Assembly (NCBI RefSeq): GCF_902652985.1
Contig: NC_047018.1
Span: 39,618,001 to 39,682,000 of the forward strand
Origin: Pecten maximus
Lineage: Eukaryota
Length of the DNA stretch: 64,000 nt
Reading direction: 5' to 3'
The position numbers and the translations under genes were made by a program. This document shows, in pieces, positions 14,125 to 27,826 of the stretch; within the stretch, counting starts at the first letter, position 1; every line of letters starts with the position of its first letter. The notes under the pieces are model-generated. The model was not told the origin of the DNA, ran no database searches, and saw only the letters and a program-made list of their open reading frames with translations.

Positions 14125-14641
14125 TAACTAAGGAATTTATTTTCATGTGTAGCTCCAATAATTGCTGCTTTTTGTCTATTTCTCTCATTGCAATAATTTG
14201 ATGTAACTGTTGACGGAATGATAAAATGTAGGTTGCTGTGACTGCAGTTCTCCTTTAAATTATCCAATAGGATAAAGATAACGAAAACACGTGAATGTAT
14301 TTCACAGCGACAGAGGTACCGCATGATTTTAATGAAATCAAACACATATATAATACATATGTATACAGAAGGCAATATTTAATGCCTGCTCAACGAGATG
14401 TACATACTCAAGATCAATTACATACTTTTTAACATCACCCTAACCCACAAAAAAAAAAAAAAAAAAAAAAATTTCACGTGTACACACCGCTACCTGTGTC
14501 GCCTGAATGACCAACCCAGGTACGACCACGTGTAGGCCGATATTTGCACCACTCGCACGTGCAAATATACACACAACGCCACCTATTGGCGTAAACATAC
14601 CAAGGAGAAAATAATTTCATCCTAATACCGTAAACGGATAA

Positions 14642-15060
<419 letters not shown>

Positions 15061-17629
15061 ACATGAAGGTCAATGTTAAAAACAAACCATAGGTCAAACA
15101 ATAACTGAAAGGTCATATGCTCACTATACATACAGTCATATACTTTATACTGGTAGGTCAAAAGTCATATGAAACATATAAAGGATTATAAGCATATATA
15201 AGTCAAACTGGATATATCTGGAGGATAAGTACATGTATATGGCCTTCAACACAGACAGTACAAAACACAAATTTGTCATCACATTCACATACGTTGATTT
15301 TCGACATCAGGTGAAGACCGAACATGGTCTGATCTCGTAGCTATAGTCTGTTCTTACATCAAATCAGATTACAAGATGAAAACTAGAGACCATTAGTAGC
15401 ACCGTCACACAGGTGTATATGGAGACATTTAGTCAGGGACATATGACATGTAAAAATCATAAAATCTAATTAGATGTATTGCTTGCATCAACTGTATAAC
15501 TATGTATTGCTGTATGGATTTAGAATACTAAGATGCAATGCTATGTCTTATGATAATGGTGAAAGAAATTAAGTAAAAAGCAACCTTGGAATATACAAAA
15601 AAAAATCCATTTTTAGGTCAAATATAAAAATTGTAAAAGTAATGAATGAAAGGTCAAAAAGGGCAGTTAGGTCAAAGTTAATTTACTTCAGATAAGTGTG
15701 TGAAATCATAGAGAGGTTTTGTCATCTCGACAAGGACCTATGAATACACTTAATGTTCTTGGCGGAATGATTGTAGTAACAATCACAGAAATACATGGAA
15801 AGAAAAAAAATCATAAGGTACATTTTGCCAATTGATGAAAGATTCCTACAACTTTTGGCAAATGTGCATTGTTTAGTAACGCAGTCTTTCATCAGAAGTA
15901 TGATTGGATTGTGAGAGTGACAGAAACGTGAGTGGGTTCTGGTGTACGGAACGTTTGTGTCCCACTGACTGTACAGACAGTGTAACTTGGAAGGTTGTAC
16001 CTGGACCAGCCCCTATCTATTACTAACACCACAGCCTTGGCAAGGAAAGGTTTTCTGGGGGTGGGGGGGTAACAGGGGAGTGCCCCCAGGACAACAGGAC
16101 TTTACACAGTGACAACCTTCCCTAGATTCAGTCATACTAATTGTGGGGGTTCAGTGGTGGAAGGTTTCACCAAAAGGACCAAGGGTGTTAGGTTTCCACA
16201 TTACACTAAAGACAATTGACCATCAGAGGCGGGCCCATAATAGTACTAATGAGACCCATCGTCTCTCCGATCTATGTCTCCTCAGTACGATTCAATAGTG
16301 TCTCTATACAGCGCTGGCTTCTGTAGAAACAGTTTTCCATGTTATATTCTAATGATAATGACCCAATCATGAATGGGGGGAAGAATTTGGGTTCTGCTTT
16401 TTTGCGTCTGTCAGTCGGTACAACATCAATGGCTCTACTTTGTGTTTCTGACACCAGAACCCCAGGAGTTATCAATCAATCTTAGCACTATACTATCATA
16501 TCAAATGTAGGTTACGGTAACCTTTAATATTTCTCCTGCAGACTTTCAATCTTTATTTATTTTTTTATTTTTTGGGGGGAATTTGAACCATTTTTAAGAG
16601 ATACACCTTTGACATTTACATGTACTCAACTTCAACTTCCAGAATTTTCTGTTTTTGTTTTTTGTTTTTTCTTTGTTTCGGAGGGGGGGTTTCTCTTAGG
16701 AAGCAAAACTTATAGATAACCTCATCCATTTTACTGTACATGATGGTATTGAGCTCCCATTGAGAACTAAAGCCATGAGTGAAGATAAAAGTACCGATGA
16801 TCACCTACAGGTCTTTATAGCCTCACATGACCTGGATTTACCTTTCACCTTAGCTGGCTAACTCACCTGGCGGGTGGTAGGTGGAGGTTGATACACCTGA
16901 CATACAATTAATCAGCGATAAGTCGTCAATAAACCCCGACCAACACAATGGTGCTTCCCAACTTTACAACAGCAGTCATGTCCGAACTCCGCATGGAGAT
17001 TGTCGGCTATGTTTTTTATCGCTTCCCTTTCGCTGTCACCTGCCAGGGTCACCAATTGTGCCGTCCAGCTACAAGAAAGCGTTTACGATGTGCCCTGTAA
17101 TTTAGGAATTCCAAGGAAACACTGACCACAGTTTGGCCATTCTGTATCTTTCCAGGGATTTTCCAATATTGAAATGTGGACATGTGATTTCACTGTGATT
17201 TCCTGTATGGAATACATGTATTTGCCTCAATACTTTGTAAAGGTGTTAATGTTCATAGGGCAATTACAGGCTCATAGCTGCCATGTAAGCACATAAGCCC
17301 GTACTTACACATTATTTTCCTAAATAAATGTATTTAAGTCAAGAAATTTTTTTTCTGAATATTTTACTGTAAACCTTTTGTGTTGTCTAACTTACTGACG
17401 AGTATGTTTCCAGTTTTTACGTGTTTCCATAATTTTGATTTATCCAGATATTTGTTGTATCTAGTACATGGATAGTCCAAATACCGCCAAATGCCACTAT
17501 TTGATGTTCAAATATCAATTTTGTTATGGGGTGGATGCCTGCAGAACCCCCTAGAATGACTGGGCTGTCAGGGTAGGATTGCCAGTGGTTACACAGGAAA
17601 TATAGTCCAGCTATTCCCCTGAATTATAT

Positions 17630-18525
17630 TCAGTAAAACCTGACTTTAATGGCATCCTGTAATATACAGCGAAACCTGACTTTGTTGACCACTGACTAGC
17701 GACATCCTGTAATATACAGTGAAACCTGAATTAACTGACACCTGACTTTAACAACATCCTGTAATATACAGTGAAACCTGACTTTACAGACCACTGACTA
17801 GCGACATCCTGTAATATACAGTGAAACCTGACTTTGTTGACCACTGACTAACGACATCCTGTAATATACAGTGAAACCTGACTTTACTGACCACTGACTT
17901 TACTGACCACTGACTAACGGCATCCTGTAATATACAGTGAAACCTGACTATACTGACCACTGACTTTAATGACATCCTGTAATATACAGTGAAACCTGAC
18001 ATTACTGACCACTGACTTTAATGACATCCTGTAATATACAGTGAAACCTGACTTTACAGACCACTGACTAGCGACATCCTGTAATATACAGCGAAACCTG
18101 ACTTTACTGACACCTGACTTTAATGACATCCTGTAATATACAGTGAAACCTGACTTTACAGACCACTGACTAGCGACATCCTGTAATATACAGCGAAACC
18201 TGACTTTACTGACACCTGACTTTAATGACATCCTGTAATATACAGTGAAACATGACTTAACTGACCACTGACTTTAATGACATCCTGTAATATACAGTGA
18301 AACCTGACTTTACTGACCACTGACTAACGACGTCCTGTAATATACAGTGAAACCTGACATTACTGACCACTGACTTTAATGACATCCTGTAATATACAGT
18401 GAAACCTGACTTTACTGACCACTGACTTTAACGACGTCCTGTAATATACAGTGATACCTGACTTTACTGACCACTGACTTTAATGACATCCTGTAGTATA
18501 CAGTGAAACCTGACTTTACTGACCA
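17630..18525. repeat. ~52-bp minisatellite (ACATCCTGTAATATACAGTGAAACCTGACTTTACTGACCACTGACTTTAATG)
   Basis: About 17 tandem copies. Confidence 0.95.
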
Positions 18526-19189
18526 TGAGGATATTTTGTCCAATTTTGTAATGACAGATGAATTGATCAAGATCTAACCATTATACTATTGGTTTAAACT
18601 AGGCCACTACCGTTGGATTTTGTCAGCATCATTTTCAGAATTTGATAGACCTTTCAGGTCCATGATGTCACAAGATGTTGCCATTAGAGACAAACGTCTG
18701 GCAATATTCTTGAAAAATGAATCATAATAACATTTTACAGTTCTTCGGGCGACTGGTTGGTGTGCAGTAATGACAGTTATAGGGACTGTAAGGTGAGATT
18801 TGGTGATGATATAGCGAGAGAGATAATGAATATCTACTGGACTTGCCGTCAGACTGAAACACCTGAGGTCGACTACTTTGGCTGTGTGACACGCCGCCAT
18901 TCCTGTACAGATTAACACTAGTATTGTCTCGGTAGCTTGTTACTACATCCAATTTTTTGGTGTACATACGTTGGTATCTCGTTCCTCTTATAAATCCAAC
19001 ACTCAGGCTATGTTTGCCCAGAAGTGTCTTTGACACTTGTGTTACTATGTGTCTTAAGAAAAACGTATCTTACTTTGACTGTGTTGCACATGTGTCTTAA
19101 TTTGTGACTTTACGATACAAGCTAGTGACTCCTACGTTTTTACGATACAAGCTAGTGACTCCTACGTTTGTATCTAACAAAGCTGGTTG

Positions 19190-19645
19190 CTCTCTGACTT
19201 CTTGCCTGGTGTCTTTGAGACATACATATCTTGTACACCTTGTGTCTTTATGACATTGGTGTCTGGATTTGTCTCTGACATACAGGTATGTGTCTTGCCA
19301 GGTGTCTTTAAGACACATATATCATATACATTGTGTCTTTTTGACATTGGTGTCTTGTTTTGTCTCTGACATACAGATATGTGTCTTGCCAGGTGTCTTT
19401 AAGACACATATATCATATACATTGTGTCTTTTTGACATTGGTGTCTTGTTTTGTCTCTGACATACAGATATGTGTCTTGCCAGGTGTCTTTAAGACACAT
19501 ATATCATATACATTGTGCTTTTTGACATTGGTGTCTTGATTTGTCTCTGAAATACAGGTATGTGTCTTGCCTGCTGTATTTAAGACACATATATCATATA
19601 CATTGTGTCTTTTAGACATTGGTATCTTGATTTGTCCCTAACATT
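19190..19645. repeat. 91-bp tandem repeat
   Basis: GTCTCTGACATACAG recurs at 19271, 19362 and 19453; about 4.5 copies. Confidence 0.9.
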
Positions 19646-19900
19646 TGTCATACTTGTTTCTCCTGCTGTGACACTGGATGTTCCACCAACACACACTGAC
19701 TTTCTTGTCCTCACCTTTGTGTCCTGATTGGTGGAACCTGAGAACATATTGCTGTTAACCTCAGATTAATTCCTTTGTAGCTGCTGATATCTAAACTCCA
19801 TTTCATTTCACCCTGCTGATTAGAATCTAGGCTAATAAGACAGCGACAGTTTTGTAACAATATTGGTATATGATTACTTCCCCTCATCTGCCTCCTTTAT

Positions 19901-20169
19901 NNNNNNNNNNNNNNNNNNNNNNNNNNNNNNNNNNNNNNNNNNNNNNNNNNNNNNNNNNNNNNNNNNNNNNNNNNNNNNNNNNNNNNNNNNNNNNNNNNNN
20001 NNNNNNNNNNNNNNNNNNNNNNNNNNNNNNNNNNNNNNNNNNNNNNNNNNNNNNNNNNNNNNNNNNNNNNNNNNNNNNNNNNNNNNNNNNNNNNNNNNNN
20101 NNNNNNNNNNNNNNNNNNNNNNNNNNNNNNNNNNNNNNNNNNNNNNNNNNNNNNNNNNNNNNNNNNNNN
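19901..20169. other. Assembly gap (269 N)
   Basis: Run of N flanked by pyrimidine-rich low-complexity DNA. No otoferlin exon appears to be missing across it, because 14835 joins 27636 in frame with contiguous homology. Confidence 0.99.
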
Positions 20170-20493
20170 CTCCTCACTTCTCCATATCTCCATTTCCCTT
20201 TCCTTTTTCTCATTAATTCTCTGTCTAATTTCTCATTCCTTTCCATCCTGATGGATTTTCTCCTTCCTTTTCCCCTTTCTCCTTGTTTTTCTGATTTCTT
20301 CTTTTCCTGCTTTCTCATCTTTCTTTTCATGTTTTTCCTTTATTTCTTTCCTCCATATCTTTCACATCCATATATCTTTCATTCTTTATCCCTTTCCCCC
20401 ATTTATCTGATACTCTTTGTTTTTTATCCTCCATCTCTGACCTAATATATCCCACACGGCCCCTTTATTTTCCCTTCTAAATCCCTCTACATT

Positions 20494-20590
20494 ACCCTCC
20501 ACAGCTATCTCCCTCAAACCCTCCACGGCTATCTCCCTCAAACCCTCCACGGCTATCTCCCTCAAACCCTCCACGGCTATCTCCCTCAAA
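20494..20590. repeat. 24-bp tandem repeat (CCCTCCACGGCTATCTCCCTCAAA)
   Basis: 4 copies. Confidence 0.9.
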
Positions 20591-21674
20591 ATTTCCTCTG
20601 ATATTTATTACATTGTTTCCCTCAAATTCCCTCAAATTTTTTTCTTCAAATAGAAGTCTTCTGAAAAACCTTGTTCTGTCGAGTTGTCTATATACTACGT
20701 ATCATGTCAATATTGATAGGTCTAAATAAACAATGATCTTTTATACACAAGCAATACCTTGGCAATCTTCATATTCTTGAGCAGAAAACTCCAGAGGAAA
20801 CAAAAAATGAAAAAACTTCTGTTTTGCATGTTTTTTCGTGAGAGATTTGCCTGAATATACATCGGCTGTCCAACAGTGGGAGCTAAACAAATAGCTTTGT
20901 CTGGGAAAGCCGTTAAGAGATCCCTCGTTAAAGCACAGGTGTTAGAGTAAGGGTCCGAAACTTGTCATAACAGCGTACACCTTGTTTTTACAAGCACATG
21001 GTCCTGTTGAATTATTTGGCGTTTTGTAAGCTGTTTTCCTGCTTCCATCGACAAGGGACTTCCTCCAATCCAGCTGTCAAAAAATGACTGATGATTTTGG
21101 ACCAAGCGTTTGTTTATCCTGACTTAACTGATAGGAGGAAAGTAAAAATCGTTCTGGAGCAATGATAAAAAGCTAAATTTCTAAAATAAATTCTGTAGTT
21201 CTAGAGTTTTCTTCTGTTTTTGCTGATATGTTGTTTTTTTCTTTAAATTTTTGGATGAAGTTGTATTTTTATATTATTTATATAAAACTTTGAAATTGAG
21301 ATGAACATTATGCATTATGTTTAAACGGAAGATTTTTTCAGAAAATGCTGGTATGTCTTACTATATTGTGATATTATTTTTAAATTTTAATGTTTTGAAT
21401 TCAAGGCAGCAAGTAAAAAAAATGCTTCAGTATTTATTTGAAGAATTTTGTGTGTTAATGGATGGTTTTGTATTGAAATATCAGTTGACCTGTTGAAGCT
21501 GATGAACTTATATCTGGTTCTTTAAGTTAAATACATTTATAATATTAAGTTCCTCAGCTTCAATGTATTTAACTTAAAGAACGGGATATAAGAAATCTAT
21601 ATGTAACCCACAACATTTTTACATAGGAATGCCTTTTGTCATACTCAAGTATATCCGTACATGTCATGTGTTCA

Positions 21675-22135
21675 TACTATGTCCCAGACTAAAACGCTCT
21701 CACACCATGTCCCAGAACGGCCACATACCATGTCCCAGACCAGAACACCCTCATACCATGTCCCAGACCAGAACGTTCACATATCATGTCCCAGACGACC
21801 AGAACGCCCTCATACTGTGTCCCAGAGTAGAACGGCCACATACCATGTCCCAGACCAGAACGGCCACATACCATGTCCCAGACTAGAACACCCTCATACC
21901 ATGTCCCTGACTAGAATGCCCTCATACCATGTCCCAGACCAGAAAGGCCACATAACATGTCCCGGACCAGAACGGGCACATACCATGTCCCAGAGTAGAA
22001 CGGCCACATATCATGTCCCAGACTAGAACACCCTCATATCATGTCCCAGACCAGACCGGCCACATACCATGTCCCAGACCAGGACGGCCCTGTGTCATAT
22101 CCTCAACTAGAACACCCTTAGGTCATGTTCTAGAT
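21675..22135. repeat. ~28-bp minisatellite (ATACCATGTCCCAGACCAGAACGGCCAC)
   Basis: About 16 diverged tandem copies. Confidence 0.92.
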
Positions 22136-24639
22136 GACAACATGCTGTCAACATAAATTATCTAGATAAATGACTTGTTTCTCTCCAGTCTTCGTTGTCA
22201 AGCATCAACTGTTAACTCATTCCCCGTGTTTATTGGAAATGACACATTCCAAACTTAATGATGAAAAAACAAGTCGGGGATGAGAATCCAAACTGTGAAG
22301 TGTTTGTGAAGGTTCCGGTGTAAACCTGTTCCGCAGAGTGGAATGAGTTGCAAGCGTACAGGGATCTGTCACCCATGCTATTTTCTTAAGCCTTTCACAA
22401 CTGTTTCCACCAGTTGGAAAAAGTTTTGCTAACTATGAACCATGACATGGCAGCTTTAAAACTAATTTACCTAAATTGTTTGCATAACAACATGTACCAC
22501 AGGTCTGAACTAAGTTCTGTGGATAAAATTAACTTGTCATAAGATAAACAAGGTCTTCTCTCAAAAATCTCCTTCAGAAATTATTTATATATTTTTAGGG
22601 GAAAGGGCGGAGGGGGAGGGGGGAATCCATTATTGATGCTAGGAGATGCTTGTTTCTGCTGTTTGACACATTTTGATGGCGGTCTATTCACCAATGTCTT
22701 TCCCAGATGCTGGCACTTTCCTTCACTAAGACCCCTCGATTCATTCTCCCACTTACCATCAAGCCTATAAATTTTGGCTGATTGGGACCATTTTTTCCCC
22801 TACTTACACTGGAGCTCGTACACTGGTAACTGTCAAACAGGATTTGCTCAGTATGGTTTGAATTAGTCCATTTTTTTACTGTGAGAAAATTTACAATTCA
22901 ACATGTGGTGGGTACTGCAGGTGGACAGATTTCTCCGATGTTGACCTCCCTACCATTGGGAGAGGGAATCCTTCAACTGACCAGGAGTTTATATCTATGG
23001 TTTTATAGGGGTGTTCACCTATTGGAAAAAGGACAATACCCTAGATGTTAAAAAAAAAAAAGACAATCACAAAATCTTAATTTTTATTCAGGCCTTGTTA
23101 AGCCAGATTTAAACATTTCTTTTGTTTTTCTTTTTTTTCTTTTTTTTTTTTGCAAATTATTGTTTTTTTTTTTAATGAGTTCAAATTTTTTCTATATTTG
23201 CACATCATTATTTTTATTTAAAAAGTTCATGTGACGTAATGATTTTTATTTTTATTTTTTTCGATGGATCACTTGATGAATCCATCAGATTCTAATTTAA
23301 CAAATCACTGAGAGAGAGAAAAGATAAAAAGTATTAAAAAAATTTACGGCCCAATCTTAATTGCGGATGTGTGCTAGAATGTTGGTATTAATTTGTACGC
23401 CGTAATTAAACGTTTGCTTGATTGCATTTACAGTATACGTCACACGTTTCCTTAATTTGGTGCAACCCTGAATCTCCTTAAATTAAACTTCGTAATTAAA
23501 ACTGTGTTTTAGAATGAAAATTTTAGTAGAGAATATTGAGAAAAAGGCCATGGCTAATTGGGATTTGATGTAAAGACATCTGTGTAGTTGGAGATCTGCT
23601 ATGGTAGAGTATTCTAGACATATACTTGTTACAAATACCAAGTAGATTTGACAGAGCAGAAAAACATTAAACTGCGGTCCCTCCCACAAACAATGGCGAC
23701 CCTGGTGATTGGTGTTGCGATTAGTTCTTCTCTTCCCGCTTAATTCCATGTTTCATATTTCTTATCTTTTGAATAAAATAAACAAAAAAAGATCGGGTAT
23801 TGTGTTGGGGGTTGAAAACATTGAGAATGGAGGGAACTGATATGTCCATTTTGAAACCGGATGATACTCGGGGTTAGAAAGACTCGTAAAAACTAGGAAC
23901 ACTAAGGCTAGTATACCATGCACAGGCATATTGCAGCGTTTCATGCTTATTTTCAGCTTGAAAAGACCACTTCAAGCTGTATTTGTACACCTAATCCCCA
24001 AAACATGATGGGGGGTTAATATGTCTCGAGATTGGGCAGATTAATTTTCATTATTAGGTCATGAAACATATGTTTGAATGAGGTAGTTTAACAGATGCTT
24101 GTGTATAGATTTACCGGAGGCCAGCTCCTACAGGAGTCGCCCAAACCTTGCCGAGGGGCTCCGCAAAGGCAGAGGGTATTTGTCTTCCAGCAATATCTGC
24201 ATGTTAACAGGAAAATAAAGAGAAAGATTATACTCAATTGGAGATGAAATCTACCAAAATTTTATGTGACAAGTTTAGGCTTGCTGTGTAGTTGAGTGGG
24301 GATGATGTTCCAACTGTAGTGTGTCTAGTTTCAGGAGAATTAGCAGGCACTGTCTTGTTTATTCAGAAATCGCATTTCCCATCTTCCCTGTAAATTGAAC
24401 AGATATTTGAGTCGTGACAGATTTAATAGCAGTTTTGATGACATGCAGCCTCCGGAGCGCCCTATCATCACTTGTATGAACTACAAACAAACACCTTTTG
24501 GTCTATACAGAGCCATTCTCCCACCTATTGATACTTATTGGTACGGATGCTGTCAGTGTGGTATATAGACTTGAACACTGTTTTACTCGGTAATAATTAG
24601 GTATTTAGTTTCCTGTACAGTGGAATCTCATTACGCTTG

Positions 24640-25929
24640 ATTCCGACTGTGAAACCTCATTATTTTGGACACACTTTGGTTTGTGTGTTAAGTGGAAACT
24701 TATAAGTCAGAACACTTTGCTCCGTGTGTATATTATAACCTTTTTAATCGGACTTGTTTGTATGTAAAACAGAACCTTGTTAGTCTGGACCCTTTGGTTT
24801 GTGTTTACAGTAAAACAAGTGGTTTGTGTGTACAGTAGAACCTTGTTTGTCTGGACACTTTGGTTTGTGTGTACAGTAGAACCTTGTTAGTCCTGGACAC
24901 CTTAATTTTTGTGTACAGTGGAACCTTGTTAGTCTGGACACTTTTGTTTGTGTGTACAGTAGAACCTTGTTAGTCTGGACACTTTTGTTTGTGTGTACAG
25001 TGGAACCTTGTTAGTCTGTACACTTTGGTTTGTGTGTACAGTAGAACCTTGTTTGTCTGGACACTTTGGTTTTTGTGTACAGTAGAACCTTGTTAGTCCG
25101 GACACCTTAATTTTTGTGTACAGTAGAACCTTGTTAGTCTGGACACTTTGGTTTGTGTGTACAGTAGAACCTTGTCAGTCTGGACACTTTGGTTTGTGTG
25201 TACAGTGGAACCTTGTTAGTCTGGACACTTTGGTTTGTGTGTACAGTAGAACCTTGTTTGTCTGGACACTTTGATTTGTGTGTACAGTAGAACCTTGTTA
25301 GTCTGGACAATTTGGTTTTTGTGTACAGTAGAACCTTGTTAGTCCGGACACCTTAGTTTGTGTGTACAGAAGAACCTTGTTAGTCTGGACACTTTGGTTG
25401 GTGTGTACAGTAGAACCTTGTTAGTCTGGACACTATGGTTTGTGAGTACAGTAGAACCTTGTTAGTCTGGACACTTTGGTTTGTGTGTACAGTAGAACCT
25501 TGTTAGTCTGGACACTTTTGTTTGTGTGTACAGTAGAACCTTGTTAGTCTGGACACTTTGGTTTGTGTATACAGAAGAACCTTGTTAGTCTGGACACTTT
25601 GGTTTGTGTATACAGTAGAACCTTGTTAGTCTGGACAATTTTTAGTTTTTGTGTACAGTGGAACCTTGTTAGTCTGGACAATTTGGTTTGTGTGTACAGT
25701 AGAATCTTGTAAGTCTGGACAATTTGGTTTGTGTGTACAGTAGAACCTTGTAAGTCTGGACACTTTGGTTTGTGTGTACAGTAGAACCTTGTTTGTCTGG
25801 ACACTTTGGTTTGTGTGTACAGTAGAACTTTGTTAGTCTGGACACCTTGGTTTGTGTGTACAGTTGAACCTTGTCAGTCTGGACACTTTGGTTTGTGTGT
25901 ACAGTAGAACCTTGTTAGTCTGGACACTT
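24640..25929. repeat. 41-bp minisatellite (GTACAGTAGAACCTTGTTAGTCTGGACACTTTGGTTTGTGT)
   Basis: About 30 tandem copies. Confidence 0.96.
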
Positions 25930-26047
25930 AGGATTCTGATGATTTTTAAGATAAGGTACTAACAGGTTGTCGTATACCAACTACCTATAATGACACACCC
26001 CTCTCCCACCCTTATTAATCTTGGTAGTATAGTTATAATTATTGAAA

Positions 26048-26235
26048 GGGGCCACGGTGGCCGAGTTGCTAAGGTGTCCAGACACCTTATCACTAGCCCT
26101 CCACCTCTTGGATGCGAGTTTGAAACCCACATGGGACACTTGCTTGGTACTGACGGTAGGCTGGTGGTTTTCCTACGGGTACTCTGGCTTTCCTCCACCT
26201 CCTAAACCTGACATGTCCTATTAACAGCCACAAAC
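26048..26235 (+). mobile_element. tRNA-derived SINE with V-domain-like core
   Basis: GGGGCCACGG 5' end, A-box-like TGGCCGAGTTG and B-box-like GAGTTTGAAACCC. The core GGTTTTCCTACGGGTACTCTGGCTTTCCTCC resembles the V-SINE conserved motif (GGTTTTCTCCGGGTACTCCGGTTTCCTCC). Confidence 0.8.
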
Positions 26236-27635
26236 CACATATAGTTATTTATGTATTTACAAAAGGCTCACTTGCTATGTAATAATTTCACCCTTGAAAT
26301 ATTTTCTATTTTCGTCTCTGGGACTGGGAGGCTTGTAATTTAATTAAGCAATATCTTGTATATAATTAACATGTATGACAAATTAGATAATTATGTAAGT
26401 GGCTCCAGAATTTATATGAAAATTATTGAATTATTCAATTATACTCTTTACAGTCATTGATGACATCAGCTCTCTCCCTATTTTCTCTAATTATGACTTC
26501 TGATTAATTCATTTCTTAATTAATACAAATTTTATCAGGTATTTAGCTTGAGAATTAATGTCATAGGTCATTTATAATGAAATTTAAATTTTTCAAAATT
26601 ATTTTTGTATTTCAGTTTATTTATCTATTTATTTGTTTATTTATTTTTTAATTGTATCTGATAAAAATTTGTTGACCCTTGAGCATACAAGTTTCTTATA
26701 TAACTTTGTAGGTTTCTTACTAAATCATTTGGGAGTTGATATATATATATAGTTATGATATATATATATATAGTAGTTTTTTTATCCGAAGGTGGTTCCT
26801 AAGTTGCATTCTGATTTTTTTGATTTTTTTTTTTTTCTGCTGAGTAATTATGAATTACCCCTTGGTGTACCCCAGAGTCGCCAATACTTCTCATTGCATA
26901 ATCTTTTGTTGAAATTGTTCATTTGAGGATGAAATTTTGTTTCACCAGCAACGCATATAAAAGCGGTGTTCTGGTAGGGTAGAAAATGAAGGTAGTCATA
27001 AATGTTATGGTATCAAATTACCGTAACAATGTTGCCATTTAAAATGTATATTTTGAAATGTATATTTATGATAAAAGCTTCGTAATTTGCATACTTGTGA
27101 CCCTTGCTCACCTTTAAAGAGATAAGCGTGATTTGAATATATGCTTGCGTGCTGGTGCTAGGACGTATCAATTAGCCAAGCCAGTGTGTTTCTTTTTAAT
27201 CATTATCAGATATTTCTGATGTGGTAAGATAACCGATTCGGCCATTCACCGAAATTTCATTTATAGTCGAAAGAAGAAACAAGTCTTTCACGGCGTGTTA
27301 AAATATATACCATGATTTGCTAAAATGAAAAGTTTTGATGGAATTTAATCTTTCAGTTGAATAAGATGATCCTTTTAACAAACAAAGGAAAACCATAAGA
27401 AGATATTTAAGAAAAAAAACATTCAACTAACGCAAAATATCTTATTTCTGAATAAAGAATACTGCATTTGTCAAAAAGTGAGTTTTTATCCAACTTCAAA
27501 TGGGGGAAAATAAATGGTTTATTAAATGAGGTATTAACGAGATGCTTATTTACATTTAATGTATATATTGTTTGTTCAGCTACAAGACAAGATTTTAAAA
27601 ATTTAACAAAAGGATATTGTTTGAATTGTTTACAG

Positions 27636-27826
27636 GTCCCTAACCGGGGAGGGAAATTTTAACTGGAGGTTTGTCTATCCGTTTGAATACCTGATTGCTG
27701 AGGAAAAAATTGTCATCTCACGAAAGGAGTCCTTATTTTCTTGGGATGAATCGGAAACAAAGATCCCAGCCAGACTTAACCTACAGGTGTGGGATGCGGA
27801 CCATTTCTCCGCGGACGACTTCCTTG
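27636..27826 (+). CDS. OTOF: Otoferlin-like coding exon (final C2 domain core)
   Basis: Acceptor tttacag| and donor |gtaaat. Translates [63 protein letters not shown], containing the ferlin motifs GEGNFNWRF and [13 protein letters not shown]. Confidence 0.97.

Noticed and set aside
19863-20445. ORFs spanning the N run
   Set aside because: Artefacts of the assembly gap and flanking low-complexity DNA.
26048-26130. tRNA gene
   Set aside because: A/B boxes are present but there is no proper cloverleaf, and the sequence continues into a SINE core.
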